Shown: positions 41,721-54,435 of the stretch, piece by piece
How the letters are laid out: every line of letters starts with the position of its first letter
How positions within the stretch are numbered: position 1 is the stretch's first letter
Assembly: GCA_964016885.1 (NCBI GenBank)
Contig: OZ024765.1
Location: forward strand, 12,524,001-12,588,000
Origin: Eledone cirrhosa
Lineage: Eukaryota
DNA: 64,000 nt
Reading direction: 5' to 3'
Program-made: the position numbers and the translations under genes
The notes under the pieces: generated by a model
Databases searched by the model: none
The model's input: the letters and a program-made list of their open reading frames with translations, nothing else
Told to the model about the DNA's origin: nothing

Positions 41721-42012
41721 ACATATAAATATTTGAAATGGTCTGAGGCCTAAAGAGAACAGCTCAAATGGCCAAGATATTTATATATTATATATCTTAT
41801 ATATAAATATTTGAAAAAATCTGAGGCCCACAAAAAACAACATACAGCTGACATGTATGTACTGATTCAGCAGCAAATATCTAAAAATGCCAACCACCAG
41901 GGTATTCTCACTATCCACACAAGTTTCAAGAATTCTGGATAACGATATGAATGTAAGATATGTCTAGAGTTGAAATGTTTTTTTTTCCTTCAAATCATGT
42001 ATGTTACTATTG

Positions 42013-42514
42013 TTAACCCTTTAGCACTTAAACAGGTCATATCCAGCCAGATTCCTCTCAGCTCTTTCTGTTTAAACCAGCTGTAACTGGCCACTCATAA
42101 TGACTAAGGTATTGTTCTCAAAATAAATAACCTCAAAATCTCATAGATTCGATATTATGCAAGATAAAGCCTTTACCACAAAAATAATGGTATATATAGT
42201 AGGCACATGGCTTAGTGGTTAGAGCATTGGCCTTGCAATTGAAAGGTTGTGAGTTCAAATCTCAGACCGGGTGATGTGTTGTTTCCTTGAGCAAGACACT
42301 ATTTCACATTGCTCCATTTTACTCAGCTGTAGAAATGAGATGATAGGACTGGGGTCCCTATCATTCCACTGCAAAGTGGAAAAAAGTACCCAGCCCTCAC
42401 TGTAAATGAGGTTGGTGTTAGGAAGGGCATCCCGCTGTAGAAATCAAACTAGAATCGGTTCCCGTCCCACCTTTGCAAGCAGGGAAAAGCGGATGTTAAG
42501 TGCTAAAGGGTTAA
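42013..42514. mobile_element. TTAA MITE with nested SINE-B (42201-42497)
   Basis: MITE TIRs at both ends. The SINE begins aggcacatggcttagtgg directly after tatatatagt. Confidence 0.85.
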
Positions 42515-43228
42515 TGAAACAGTGCTGTATCCAGTATTGGAATAACATTTCTTTAAATCATTTGAAGAAATGTTTTAATACCAAATATAGCATTAACTAA
42601 TGTGCCTTTGAAAATAGAGTGAAGGAACATTATTTCAATACTAGACAGCATTATCTAATGTGTCTTTGAAAATAGAGTGAAGTGATTTAAAGAAACCTTA
42701 TTTCAAAACTGGACATAGTATTATATAATGTGTCTTTGAAAATAGAGTGAAATGATTTGAAAAAAAGTCATTTCAACACGCAAACTATGAAAGACTAGAA
42801 ACCAGGCTGGCCTCAATTACTGTCTATGATAATATCTGAAGGCCACAATTGTAAGAAAAACTGATCTTCACAGATCAATGTGCTAGAAAACCAGACTCTC
42901 ACTCTCTCTCTTTCATTGATTACTAGACTGAACATGGCAGTAGTTTTCGGTACTTTCAACATTCAAATTACACTTAGCTGCAGCAAAGACCCATGCAAAC
43001 AGGTCGAGCAAGGTTGGGAATGTGGAAAGAACAAACAAAACCACATATATATATATATATATAGGCTAAGGCTTCTCACTGGAAAGTAAATAAAAAAATA
43101 AATAAATAAAATAAAATAAAAACTATTTTCCAAAAACAAAAACAAAAATGAATTATTCACGAGAAGAAAATTTGCTTGGAGGTGGTTGGTATGCTTTATC
43201 ATACTTTTACAAATAAGACGATGAAGAG

Positions 43229-43290
<62 letters not shown>

Positions 43291-43440
43291 TGGTTTAACA
43301 AGTTTTATCTATGTTAATCACACAAAAAAAAAAAAAATAGCTAGACCAAATAACTATCTAAAACACACCAACATACGTATACATACCACCATTTAGACAC
43401 ACACACACATACATATACATACATACATACACATACACAT

Positions 43441-43481
<41 letters not shown>

Positions 43482-43608
43482 TATATATGTAAACACAGAG
43501 ACACACCTACACTTTACAAATGACAAGGCATACTTGAACACCAGAGTGAAAAAACATTGATTTTTGTACTGGGTTCTAATAGGAGCAGGAATGTTTAAAC
43601 TATATATA

Positions 43609-43648
<40 letters not shown>

Positions 43649-44061
43649 ACATACACAGAAAACTTGAAAACTTAAGTTTAAACCGGAACTTGAGTCTAAA
43701 AAAGTAGATGATAGACAGAGAGAGAAATGGACTTTTAACTCACCAGGTTGATATTGAGGGCTTGGTGTTAAATGTTAATCAGATTAAAACCACAAATTAT
43801 CCATATTGATAATGTAAACCAAAGGATATACAGTGTATAGAATGGAAGGCAAAGTTGACTTAGGTGTGATTTAGCATTTACATGTCTATATATATACTAT
43901 TATATTTTCACGGTATCTCACATAATATCGAATCTATGAGATTTTGATATTTATTGAGAACAATACCTTAACATCAGTATGAGTGGCCCGTTACACCCGG
44001 GTTGAACAGAAAGAGGTGAGAGAATTCTGACCGGAGACAGCCGGTTTAAATAACAGACTAC

Positions 44062-44353
44062 AAGAGTTCAATTCTCAGACCGTGTGATGTGTTGTGTCCT
44101 TGAGCAAGACACTTTATTTCACATTGCTCCAGTTTACTCAGCTGTAGAAATGAGATGATAGGACTGGGGTCCCTATCATTCCACTGCAAAGTGGTCGTGG
44201 ACGTGCCACGGCAAAAAAAGAAGCCCCCAGCACTCACTGTAAATGAGGTCGGTGTTAGGAAGGGCATCCAGCTGTAGAAATCAAGCCAGAATCAGTTACC
44301 GTCCCACCCTTGCAAGCAGGGAAAAGTGGACGTAAAATGATGATGATGATGAT
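44062..44353 (+). mobile_element. SINE-B, 5'-truncated, (GAT)n tail
   Basis: Starts at the B box gagttcaattctc. Body is near-identical to the other copies. Confidence 0.85.
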
Positions 44354-44862
44354 GACCAATCCATGAAAAAGATTCACCCTAGCTGTTTCTGATCCTCATT
44401 ATACAGCCGAGTGAACTGGGGCAGCATGCAAAGACACATACGCTGCCTGGTTTAGTGATCGAACCCACAATCTTACAGTTCTGAAACTAACACTAACCAC
44501 CAGGCCGTGTGCTCCCCCCCCCCCACCACCACCACCCCACCATACAGCTTACACCCAGTACAATTAGTTTTCAAGTTGAAGAGTTAATTACAACTTTTAG
44601 GTTGACATTATTAAAAGAAGATTACTTGACGACAAAGAAATATAGAAGTGTGTGTGTGTGTGTGTGTGTAAACATATACACCACATATGTGCATGTATGT
44701 ATATGTATATATTATATATGGTTGACTACTTGAGGAAAAGTAGATGACGGCTTTTATTAGGGTTTTCAAGAGCTCTTCACAAGGCAATTATTTTAGCTGA
44801 TTTTCTTAACTGGCTTCTAATGAAGAGAGGATACACGTGTAAAGAGAAAAAGCTACCATATA

Positions 44863-45004
44863 TGTGGTGGTGGTGGTGGTGGTCGTAGTAGAGGTGGTGG
44901 TGGTCGTAGTAGAGGTGGTGGTAGTAGTGGTGGTGGTGGTGGTAGTAGTGGTGGTGGTGTTAGTAGTGGTGGTGGTGTTAGTAGTGGTGGTGGTGGTAGT
45001 AGTG

Positions 45005-45039
<35 letters not shown>

Positions 45040-45755
45040 GGTGGTGGTGGTGGTGGTGGTAGTAGCAGAGGTGGTAATAGTAGCAGAGGTGGTAATAGTA
45101 GCAGAGGTGGTAATAGTAGCAGAGGTGGTAATAGTAGCAGAGGTGGTAATAGTAGCAGAGGTGGTAATAGTAGCAGTGGTGGTAATAGTAGCAGTGGTGG
45201 TAATAGTAGCAGTGGTGGTAATAGTAGCAGTGGTGGTAATAGTAGCAGAGGTGGTAATAGTAGCAGTGGTGGTAATAGTAGCAGTGGTGGTAATAGTAGC
45301 AGTGGTGGTAATAGTAGCAGTGGTGGTAATAGTAGCAGTGGTGGTAATAGTAGCAGTGGTGGTAATAGTAGCAGTGGTGGTAATAGTAGCAGTGGTGGTA
45401 ATAGTAGCAGTGGTGGTAATAGTAGCAGTGGTGGTAATAGTAGCAGTGGTGGTAATAGTAGCAGTGGTGGTAATAGTAGCAGTGGTGGTAATAGTAGCAG
45501 TGGTGGTAATAGTAGCAGTGGTGGTAATAGTAGTAGTGGTAGTAATAGTAGCAGTGGTGGTAATAGTAGCAGTGGTGGTAATAGTAGCAGAGGTGGTAAT
45601 AGTAGCAGAGGTGGTAATAGTAGCAGAGGTGGTAATAGTAGCAGTGGTGGTAATAGTAGCAGTGGTGGTAATAGTAGCAGTGGTGGTAATAGTAGCAGTG
45701 GTGGTGGTAGTAGCAGTGGTGGTAATAGTAGTAGTGGTGGTAATAGTAGCAGTAG
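44863..45755. repeat. (GTG/GTA)n repeat with an 18-bp higher-order unit gtggtaatagtagcag(t/a)g
   Basis: Direct reading. Source of the poly-T/V/PL pseudo-ORFs. Confidence 0.95.
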
Positions 45756-45939
45756 GTAGGTTAACATATATAGTGAAGGCAGAGATTTGATATTTGAGGA
45801 TCTCCAGTCTTTTATTGATAATTGTTTCTACTTTAGGCACAAGGCCAGCAATTACCCAGTGCATTACTGGTACTTTATTTTATCGACCCTGTAAGGATGA
45901 AAGGCAAAGTCAACCTCAGTCTTTTATTGATAATGGGCT

Positions 45940-46985
45940 CCAGTTCTATCGTTGTTACAGCCCACACCTATGTAGGTTTAGCTGACCTGCTACAAGGCTG
46001 TATCATAACTTTCTTGGGTGCTTTATACAGGTTTAGTTGGCCTGCTACAAGGTTATATCATAAGCTTCTCGGGTGTTTTAGTGATAACAGGCCCTAGTGC
46101 TATATTGATATTGTTAGAGCTCACACCTATGCAGGTTTAGCTGACCCACTACAAGCCTACATCTCAATTTTTGGGGGCGTTTTAATGATAAAGGGTACAA
46201 ATCCTATCATGTTACAGCTCACACTTATGTAGGTTCAGCTGGCCCATTACAAAGTTGTATCATGAGAAGTTTATCGGATGTTTCAATTATAAAAGCACTA
46301 GTCCTATAATGTTATAGGTTGTATCATAAGTTTCTCAAGTATTCTAATAAGGGCACAAGCCCCATCATGTTGTTACAGCTCACACATAGGTTTAGCTGAC
46401 CTGCTATATGGTTGTATCATAAGAAGTTTATCGGATGTTTCAATTATAAAGGCACCAGTCCTATAATGTTACAGCTCACACACACAGGTTTAGATGGCCA
46501 GCTACAAGGTTGTATCGTAAGAAATTTCTCTGGTGTTATAATAAGGGCACGAGTCCTTTAATGGGTGTGTTACATCTCACACCTATTAGGTTTAGCCGAC
46601 CTGCTACAGGGTTACATCTTTAAGAAGTTTCTCGGAAGTTTTAACAGTTTAGCATTTAAACTGGCCATATCCAGCCAGAATTCTCTCACCTCTTTCTGTT
46701 CAAAGTGGTTGTAACAGGCCACTCATACTGATAAAGTATTGTTCTCAAAATAAATATCAAAATCTCATAGATTCGATATTATGTGAGATAATTATGTGAG
46801 GTAAAGCCTTTACTGTGAAAATAAAACAGTAAATATAGAGTAATGTAAATGCTAAAGAGTTAATAAAGGCACCAGTCCTATAATGATTTTACAGCTCACA
46901 CCTATGTAGGTTTAGCTGGCCCACTACAAGGTTACATCATTAAGAAGTTTCTCGGGTGTTTTAATAAAGGCACCAACCCTATCAT
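45940..46985. repeat. Diverged tandem array of a dispersed ~100-bp repeat (gttacagctcacacctatgtaggtttagctgg...)
   Basis: Multiple degenerate units. The same motif occurs at ~3965, 6643, 7010, 10560-10860 (reverse), 11190, 13100 and 31230. Confidence 0.7.
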
Positions 46986-47089
46986 GAAAAACAACAATGA
47001 AGCATCTTGCTCAAGAACATCACACTTCCCAGTCCAGAAATCGAAACCACGACCTTACATTTGCAAATCCACCACCCTAACCTCTAGGC

Positions 47090-47429
47090 CAGGGGTTCTC
47101 AACCTTTTTTTCGCTGTGGACCACCAAAATAAGTAATTTTTTCCTGTGGACCACCTAAACTTTTAAATCTTTTGTAATAGAACTGCTACTTATAAGCATC
47201 AGTAGATGCTTTTTTTCAATGCATTAGAAAATGCTATTATGTCGCAGTGCCTAAAAAAAAAATCTACGCAAATAAACAGCTGAAGTCGTACTTATGCGAA
47301 GAATAAGAACAGCGCTTTAAGTCAAATGCAGGGATCAAAATAGAATTTGCTATTGAACATTTTCTGTGGACCACCTGAATTTTCCCGTGGACCACTCGTG
47401 GTCCACATGGACCAAGTTGAGAACCCCTG
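47090..47429. mobile_element. hAT (Charlie-like) MITE, 340 bp, perfect 14-bp TIR and 8-bp TSD
   Basis: CTCTAGGC|CAGGGGTTCTCAAC ... GTTGAGAACCCCTG|CTCTAGGC, with subterminal tgtggaccac repeats. Inserted into a SINE head. Confidence 0.92.
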
Positions 47430-50400
47430 CTCTAGGCCACACATCTCCTTTGAAATCAGAATCTACCAAAGCACCACAAGACTTTTTCGTCCAATGCTCT
47501 ACCAATTCTGCCAGTTAGTCACCATATTGGTGAAATTAATTAACAGTTAGAGTGAGAGAACGGAAAGTGCGAGAGAAAAAAAACAAACAAACCGTTTCTG
47601 TTTATTAAATTCTCTTAATTAAAAGAATTTAGCTAAGTTAATTATTCGGTCATAGGTTGTTATGGTTACATAAAGATCATTAGTTCGTTAGTTATGTCAT
47701 TACATTCTGTAAACAGGAATTAACCTCAATTTGGAAAAGAAATTAGAATCACCATCCTCTTTTTTTTTTTTAAATTCATTTCAAATTTTCAAAATACATT
47801 TATACCATAATGTGGTAAATATATACATATATATTAAGAATCAAATTCCTATTGTCACTGCCTCCATCTCTCTCGCTCTCACTATTATGAGCTAATGGGG
47901 GCCCAAGCATTGGCCGCCCTGGCAGACATAATGGCAAGAAGAAAAAGGAGGGAGAGAAATGGAGAGAGGATAAATTCTACATTCTTGGCCGAGAATATCT
48001 CAGTTGCTACACCCCCTGGCCAAGAACAGCCGACAATACCCACTGCACCAGACATATACGACACACCTCACCCTTGGTTGGGTGGTATATTTCAGCTGCC
48101 ATGCCCAATGACCGACAAGACGGCAAATATATTACTGTGGAGAACAGCCAGCAACACTCACTGCATCATAAATTTGTCACATGAGGCAGAATGTGTCACA
48201 TGAGACAGAATGAGATAGGCCACCAGGCCACCAAGCCACCTTTGGTTTGGTGGCCTATCTCAGACAAGATGACTAAAGTATTGCTATGGAGATCAGCCAG
48301 CAACAGACACTGCACCAGACAAGATGTTGAAAGTATTGCTATTGTTAATCAGCTAGCAATACCCACTGCATCAGCCAAAATTCCTGAGGCATGATGTCCT
48401 CCTCTCCGGTGACCTCGAACCACAGAGGTCTCGATGATGAAATGTATAAAGTATTTGGAAAAGTATAAAAAGTATAAAAATATTTCTATATTGCTCAGGA
48501 TGTCAACATGCTGTTCAAAGCTATAATACTACTGTTGCTTTATAAGGAAATTAAAATGTGATTTAAAAAAAAGAAAGTAAAATAAACACTGGCCATTTAA
48601 CGAAATAAACAAAAGAAAAAAACAAAAACAAAAAACAAATACATAACCCTTTTGATACCAAACTGCCTGAAACCACACTTAGTTCCATGATATGAAAGTC
48701 TTAAAATGTTTTTAATTATCTTAACCCCCCCCCCCCCCCAAAAAAAAAAACCTATCAATTTTTTAAGAACAATTATTAAGATATACTGAAAATACCAGGT
48801 TAATAACGGTTGCTAATATAGGCACAAGGCCAGCAATTGGGAGGAGGGGAAAGTCGATTAAATTGACCCCAGTGTGTGACTGGTACTTTTATTTTACCGA
48901 CCCTGTAAGGATGACAGGCAAAGTTAACCTCGGCGGGATTTGAACACAGAATGGAAAGGGCCGCAACTCTATGCGTCAAAGCACGGCGTCCGACCCTCTA
49001 CCGATACTGCCAATAATGGTTCCCAATTTGGGCAACAATTTTGGAGGAGGGTAAAAGTCAATTAAATTGACCCCAGCGCATTACTGGTGCTTTATTTTCT
49101 CCACCACAAAAGGATGAAGAGTAAAGCTAACCTCGGCAGGATTTTAATTCAGAACAAAGGGACGTAACTATATGCCGCAAAGTATGTTGTCCGACGGTCT
49201 ACTGATACTGCCAATCCACCACCCTACACTGGCTTAACGATTTCTGGCACATGGCCAACTATTTATGGGGAAGGAAAAGTCAATTACTTCGACACCAGTT
49301 CATGACTGGTACTTTATTTTCTCTGCCTCTCCAAAAGCATAAAAGGCAAAGTTTACCTCTACTGGATTTGATCAAACGTAAAGGGCTGTGACTAAATGTC
49401 ACATGCAAAGTATTCTGTCCAACATTCTACCAATTCACCACCTTTACACCATCCAATAATGAGAAAAAAATGAATTTTATCTGATGTTCTGATTCTGCCA
49501 ATCTACTTTAACACCATATTAATAATAAGTAAGTGAATATATAATTAAATACTTACAAAATTTATGATTGTTTTTAAACCATAGCTAGTGTCTTTCATTA
49601 TAAAAATGGTAAAAACTTTCCATCATAGCTTTATGTAAGGACATTTAAGCTATGTTTGAAACACCAGAAACAGTTTACACACTCACCAGTCAACATTTTA
49701 AAGTTAAAGCTCAAGAAGGAGTGGACCAATCACTAGCTCAAGTTTAACTATCGCTTCTCATATTGAAGCCCATCTGGGAGGTATCAATACCAAATGATAC
49801 TAGATACTCAGAAGAGGATCATCTCTACCTTAGTACGAGTAATTACCCTTACCAGGTGCCAAATAACCATACTTAAGATATAGTGTATAGTTAGATTGTA
49901 TATAGTTTATATATATTGTATATATGGTGTCTATATAGACTATAGTGTATATAGACTGTTACAAGTTTAACTATCGCTTCTCATATTGAAGCGCATCTGG
50001 GAGGTATCGATACCAAGTGATGCTTGATACTCAGAAGAAGAGCATCTCTACCTCGGTGTGAGTCTAATGACCCTTATCCGGTACCAAATGACCATACTTA
50101 AAATATATACTAAAAGTTAATGAAAAAATTATATTACTAAACCCCTCCAAATTATTTTTTAAATTATGTGAGACATCATAGGCAATGTCTTTCATTAGAA
50201 AAGTGGTATCAAAAGAGTCAAAGCAGAAACTGAATAAGCAAACCACCATTGAATATAATACCAGTAAAAATACATAAGTGATACTAAGAAATGAAGAGGC
50301 AAATAGTGACGCCATTGAACAAAATATCTTCACAACAATTGGTAACACCCCCCACCCCACCCCCCAAAAACCCCCAAAATCTGTAGAAAAATGAGAAATA

Positions 50401-51134
50401 AATTAAAATGTAACAGATGAACAGAATTGTGAAAATATAATTTTACATAAGACACCAAGCATTCAGCAGAATTGATTCTCTATATATATAAAAGTATATT
50501 TAACATCCTGTATTAATTATTGATTATAGCAGAAAATATCTAAAATGAGATCTGTTAACTTCATATCTTAAGAGTACTATCTTTACTAGTCTGTCAAAAG
50601 TGTCTCGAGCTCAGAGACTCATCAGGCCAGTGCTTATTGACTGAGAGTACAATACTTCCCCCTGGATACGTCGTCAGTCCATTGCAGGCTTAATCACCCA
50701 GCTATTGCTGGTACTCATTTTCAGATGAGTATACTGGAGAAACATGAGATGGAATGTTTTACTCAAGATCACAACACATAACCCAGTCCAGGAATTGAAC
50801 CCATAGCATCATAGCCTTAAGACCAATAACCTTACCACTAAGCCACTTGCCTCCAACTCTTTGAGTGGACAGACTAATTTTTAATGTGATGGGTTGTAGA
50901 AGTGGTTTCATATTTTTCAAGTGTCTTGTCAATTCAAATATTTATAGTATCTGTATTATTGGACAGATTGTGAAAATTTGCAACAAAGAATTTAATTTTT
51001 CACATGATAACAGTCATAGTGCTGTTTGTTTTTCAAGAATGTCTTGTTAATGCAGTTTATTAATCCAAATATTTATAGTATCTGTATTATGTGAAATACA
51101 AAAACCTCCAAAAGCTGGCAAATTTTCAGAATAA

Positions 51135-51490
51135 TTTACCAGCTTTTGGAGGTTTGTATTTCACATTTAGCCTGTGACTATTCCTAGCTTTAGAGGCCTG
51201 CATTTCACATCTGGCTCAGGCCTACTACCAGATTTGGAGGCCTACATTTCACATCTGGCTCAGGCCTACTACCAGATTTGGAGGCCTACATTTCACATCT
51301 GGCTCAGGCCTACTACCAGATTTGGAGGCCTACATTTCACATCTGGCTCAGGCCTACTACCAGATTTGGAGGCCTACATTTCACATCTGGTCTGGGTCTA
51401 CTACCAACTTTGGAAGCCTCCATTTCACATCTGGTCTGGGTTTACTACCAACTTTGGAAGCCTACATTTCACATCTGCCACAGGCCAGAT
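51135..51490. repeat. 44-bp minisatellite (~8 copies)
   Basis: Unit catttcacatctggctcaggcctactaccagatttggaggccta. Confidence 0.9.
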
Positions 51491-51766
51491 TTGAAATGCT
51501 GGCCTTCAAAGTTTAGTTTCAACTTTAAATAAAAATTCTTCAAGCTAGGGCCAAAATGTTTATAAACATACTTTTATATATATAGAGAGAGAGAATAAAA
51601 CAAAGAGGAAAAAACAAACAAAATATATAAACAAAATATATAAACAAACAAACAAAAATAAATAAACTCAATGATATGACAGACAAATGAAGAGTGATAT
51701 AAACTGAATAAAATAGTGAATATATTGGAACGGATGGAAACCTGGCAGATGGTAAAAGTTACTCAC

Positions 51767-51787
51767 CTCACCATGCCGAAATCGGAA
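51767..51787 (-). CDS. Candidate alternative 21-nt microexon of the ERM gene (FRFRHGE)
   Basis: Minus strand: tttttctgttccccctgctttaaaatttgctaatttttctctag|TTC CGA TTT CGG CAT GGT GAG|gtgagt. Good acceptor, branch-like ctaat, strong donor, phase 0/0, no stop codon. No transcript evidence is available. Confidence 0.5.
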
Positions 51788-51934
51788 CTAGAGAAAAATT
51801 AGCAAATTTTAAAGCAGGGGGAACAGAAAAAGACATTGAAACAATTTATAAACTAGCATAGCATAGACTTCAATTGATAAAACTCAAGACCACATTCACT
51901 CAGCCAATACTGCCAACCCATCAGCCTATCACCC

Positions 51935-52290
51935 TTAACCCTTTAGTATTTACATTACTCTATGTGGATTGGCAGTATCGGTAGAGGGTCGGACGCCATG
52001 CTTTCCAGCATAGTTACATCCCTTTACGATCTGAGTTCAAATCCCGCCGAGGTTGACTTTACCTTTCATCCTTACGGGGTCGATAAAATAAAGTACCAGT
52101 AATGCACTGGGTATTTGCTGGCCTTGTGCCTAAAGTAGAAACAATTATATTTTCACGCTTAATACTTTACCTCATGTTTATTTTGAGAATACCTTAACAT
52201 CAGTATGAACAGCTAGTTATGGCTGGTTTGAACAGAGAGAGGCGAGAGAATTCTGGCCGGATACGGCCGGTTTAAATGCTAAAGGGCTAA
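51935..52290. mobile_element. TTAA MITE with nested SINE-A (51964-52147)
   Basis: ttaaccctttagtatttacattactctat|GTGGATTGGC... and the MITE resumes after acaattat. Confidence 0.85.
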
Positions 52291-53213
52291 TAATAATAAT
52301 AATAATGATGATTTCTACTATAGGCACAAGGCCAGCAAAAAATTAAGGAAGGGGATGGGAAGGCCGATTAAATCGGCCCCAGTGCATTACTGGTACTTTA
52401 TTTTATCGACTGTAAGGATGACAGGCAAAGAGAGCCATAACTAAATACTGCAAAGCATTTTGTCCGACGTTCTACCGATTCTGCCAATCCACTAATAATA
52501 ATGGTTTTTGATTTAGTGTCAAGGCCAAGAATTTTGGGGGAGGGGGAAGTCAATTAAATCGACCCCAGTACATTACTGGTACTTTATTTTATTAACCCTG
52601 AGAAGATGAAAGGCAAAGCGAACCTCAGCCGGATCTAAACTCAGAACACCAAGGTATATTACTATGTTGCAAAGCATGGTGTCCGACGCTCTACCGATTC
52701 TGCTAATCCAGTGCCCTACCACCATTAATAATATTAATAATTATTTCTACTTTAGGCACAAGGCCAGCAATTTGAAGGGAGAAAGTCGATTAAAATCACT
52801 CCCAGTGCATCACTAGTACTTTATTTTATCAACCTCAGAAAGATAAAATAAAGTACCAGTCAAGTGCGGTGGAAGGGGATACAACTGACTTTCCCCTTCC
52901 CTCAAAATATTGCTGGCCATGCGTGCTTCAGTTAGAAACCATTATTTACATCCCACCGAGGTTAACTCTGCCATTCATCCTTACAGGGTCGATAAAATAA
53001 AGTACCAGTAATGCACTGGGGTAATTGCTGGCCTTGTGCCAAACGTAGAAATAATTATTTACAGTCCTTTATGATCCAAGTTCAAGTCCTGCTGAGGTCA
53101 ACTTTGCCTTTCATCCTTTTGGGGGTCAATTTGACTTTTCTCACCCCAAAATTATAGTCCTTGTACCTAAATGAATAAAAACTACATTGTTGTTGTTCTA
53201 ACACCCGCTTTCC

Positions 53214-53244
<31 letters not shown>

Positions 53245-53308
53245 GATAGATAAGTAAAATGACAGGAGGCCGGACTGGTGAAATTCCTTAAATGAATATC
53301 TATATGTG

Positions 53309-53361
<53 letters not shown>

Positions 53362-53651
53362 GGATGAAATGTTACTAGTTAAGAGACCAATACAACCACA
53401 TATTTAACTTCTTAAGTATTCTATATTTAAATGGAGAGAATGTAGATATCATTATAAAGATTAACTGCCCAACGGTTAAGCTTGGACAGTTTCAATAGCA
53501 TTTGCTGCCTGCTATTGGAAAGGTAGAAGCTTAACCATAGGGCAGAGCATCCTTGTAGTAATATCTATGCTATATAAATATGAATATTTCAAGTATTAAC
53601 GATCTCTTTTGTTTTTTAAAGTCAAATCAAAGAAAAGACTTTAAAGATATA

Positions 53652-53727
53652 TAGGGTGTTCCCAAAAATATATACATACTGATTAGAATGCTGTCAAAGT
53701 GTGTATACATTTTTGGGGGACACACTA
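53652..53727. mobile_element. Short palindromic Tc1/mariner-like MITE relic
   Basis: tagggtgttcccaaaaatatatacatact ... agtgtgtatacatttttgggggacacacta. Confidence 0.5.
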
Positions 53728-54073
53728 AATGCATCTAAATTATTTATTCAACAAAAGCAGACATGTTAGTTGATCCATATAAAATAATAATAGCAGCAAT
53801 GATACATAAAAAATAATTTACAAAAAAAAACTAAATACCAAAAATCCGGTTCTGGCTTGTCAGAGAACACAATGCATGATTCATACACTATGTTATATGT
53901 TGATAAAATATTTCAACTAAGTAACAAGAGAGGGCGGGGGCAGAGACACACACACAAGCAGACATTATATTAAAAAGCTAAAGAACAAAATGCCAAACAT
54001 TTTCTTCAATATCTATATGTACATACATGTTTGTATGTATGCATGTATGTATACATATATACATATATAAATA

Positions 54074-54435
54074 CAGTGTACCCCTTGGCATTCAGAGCCC
54101 TGGTTTTTCACAGTATTTTCCTTAGAGACTAACTAATAATTGATCATGGAAACCACTGTATATTTGCGGAAGCGTAAATATTTGTGATTTTTAATGGCTT
54201 TTTTCAAGGCAACATATATGTTTTAACACTAAATTAATAACAATATACTGTATTTGCTGGCCTATTGGACACCCCTTCACATAAGACGCTCCGCTCCCTC
54301 TTTGTTTTATAATTATAAATTACGTTTTATTTTGACGTTTATAGGCTTTTTATGGACCAGGTCCAATGTTCATGGTTTTTCACTCTTCACGGATGCTCTA
54401 GGAACATAACCCCCATGAATACTGGGGGACTACTG
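54074..54435. mobile_element. Tigger/pogo-like MITE with TA TSD
   Basis: ta|CAGTGTACCCCTTGGCATTCA ... TGAATACTGGGGGACTACTG|ta. Confidence 0.65.

Noticed and set aside
43738-43803. Minus-strand donor-like ctg|gtgagt as an alternative first exon
   Set aside because: The nearest upstream ATG runs into a stop (ATG GAT AAT TTG TGG TTT TAA), and there is no clear acceptor.
44806-45864. Mucin-like poly-Thr ORF (352 aa) and overlapping ORFs
   Set aside because: Trinucleotide/18-bp repeat inside an intron, open on both strands.
51773-51800. Plus-strand ATGCCGAAATCG (MPKS) as the start of a second ERM gene
   Set aside because: No splice donor follows, and there are no plus-strand ERM exons downstream. 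Reinterpreted as antisense complementarity (see findings).
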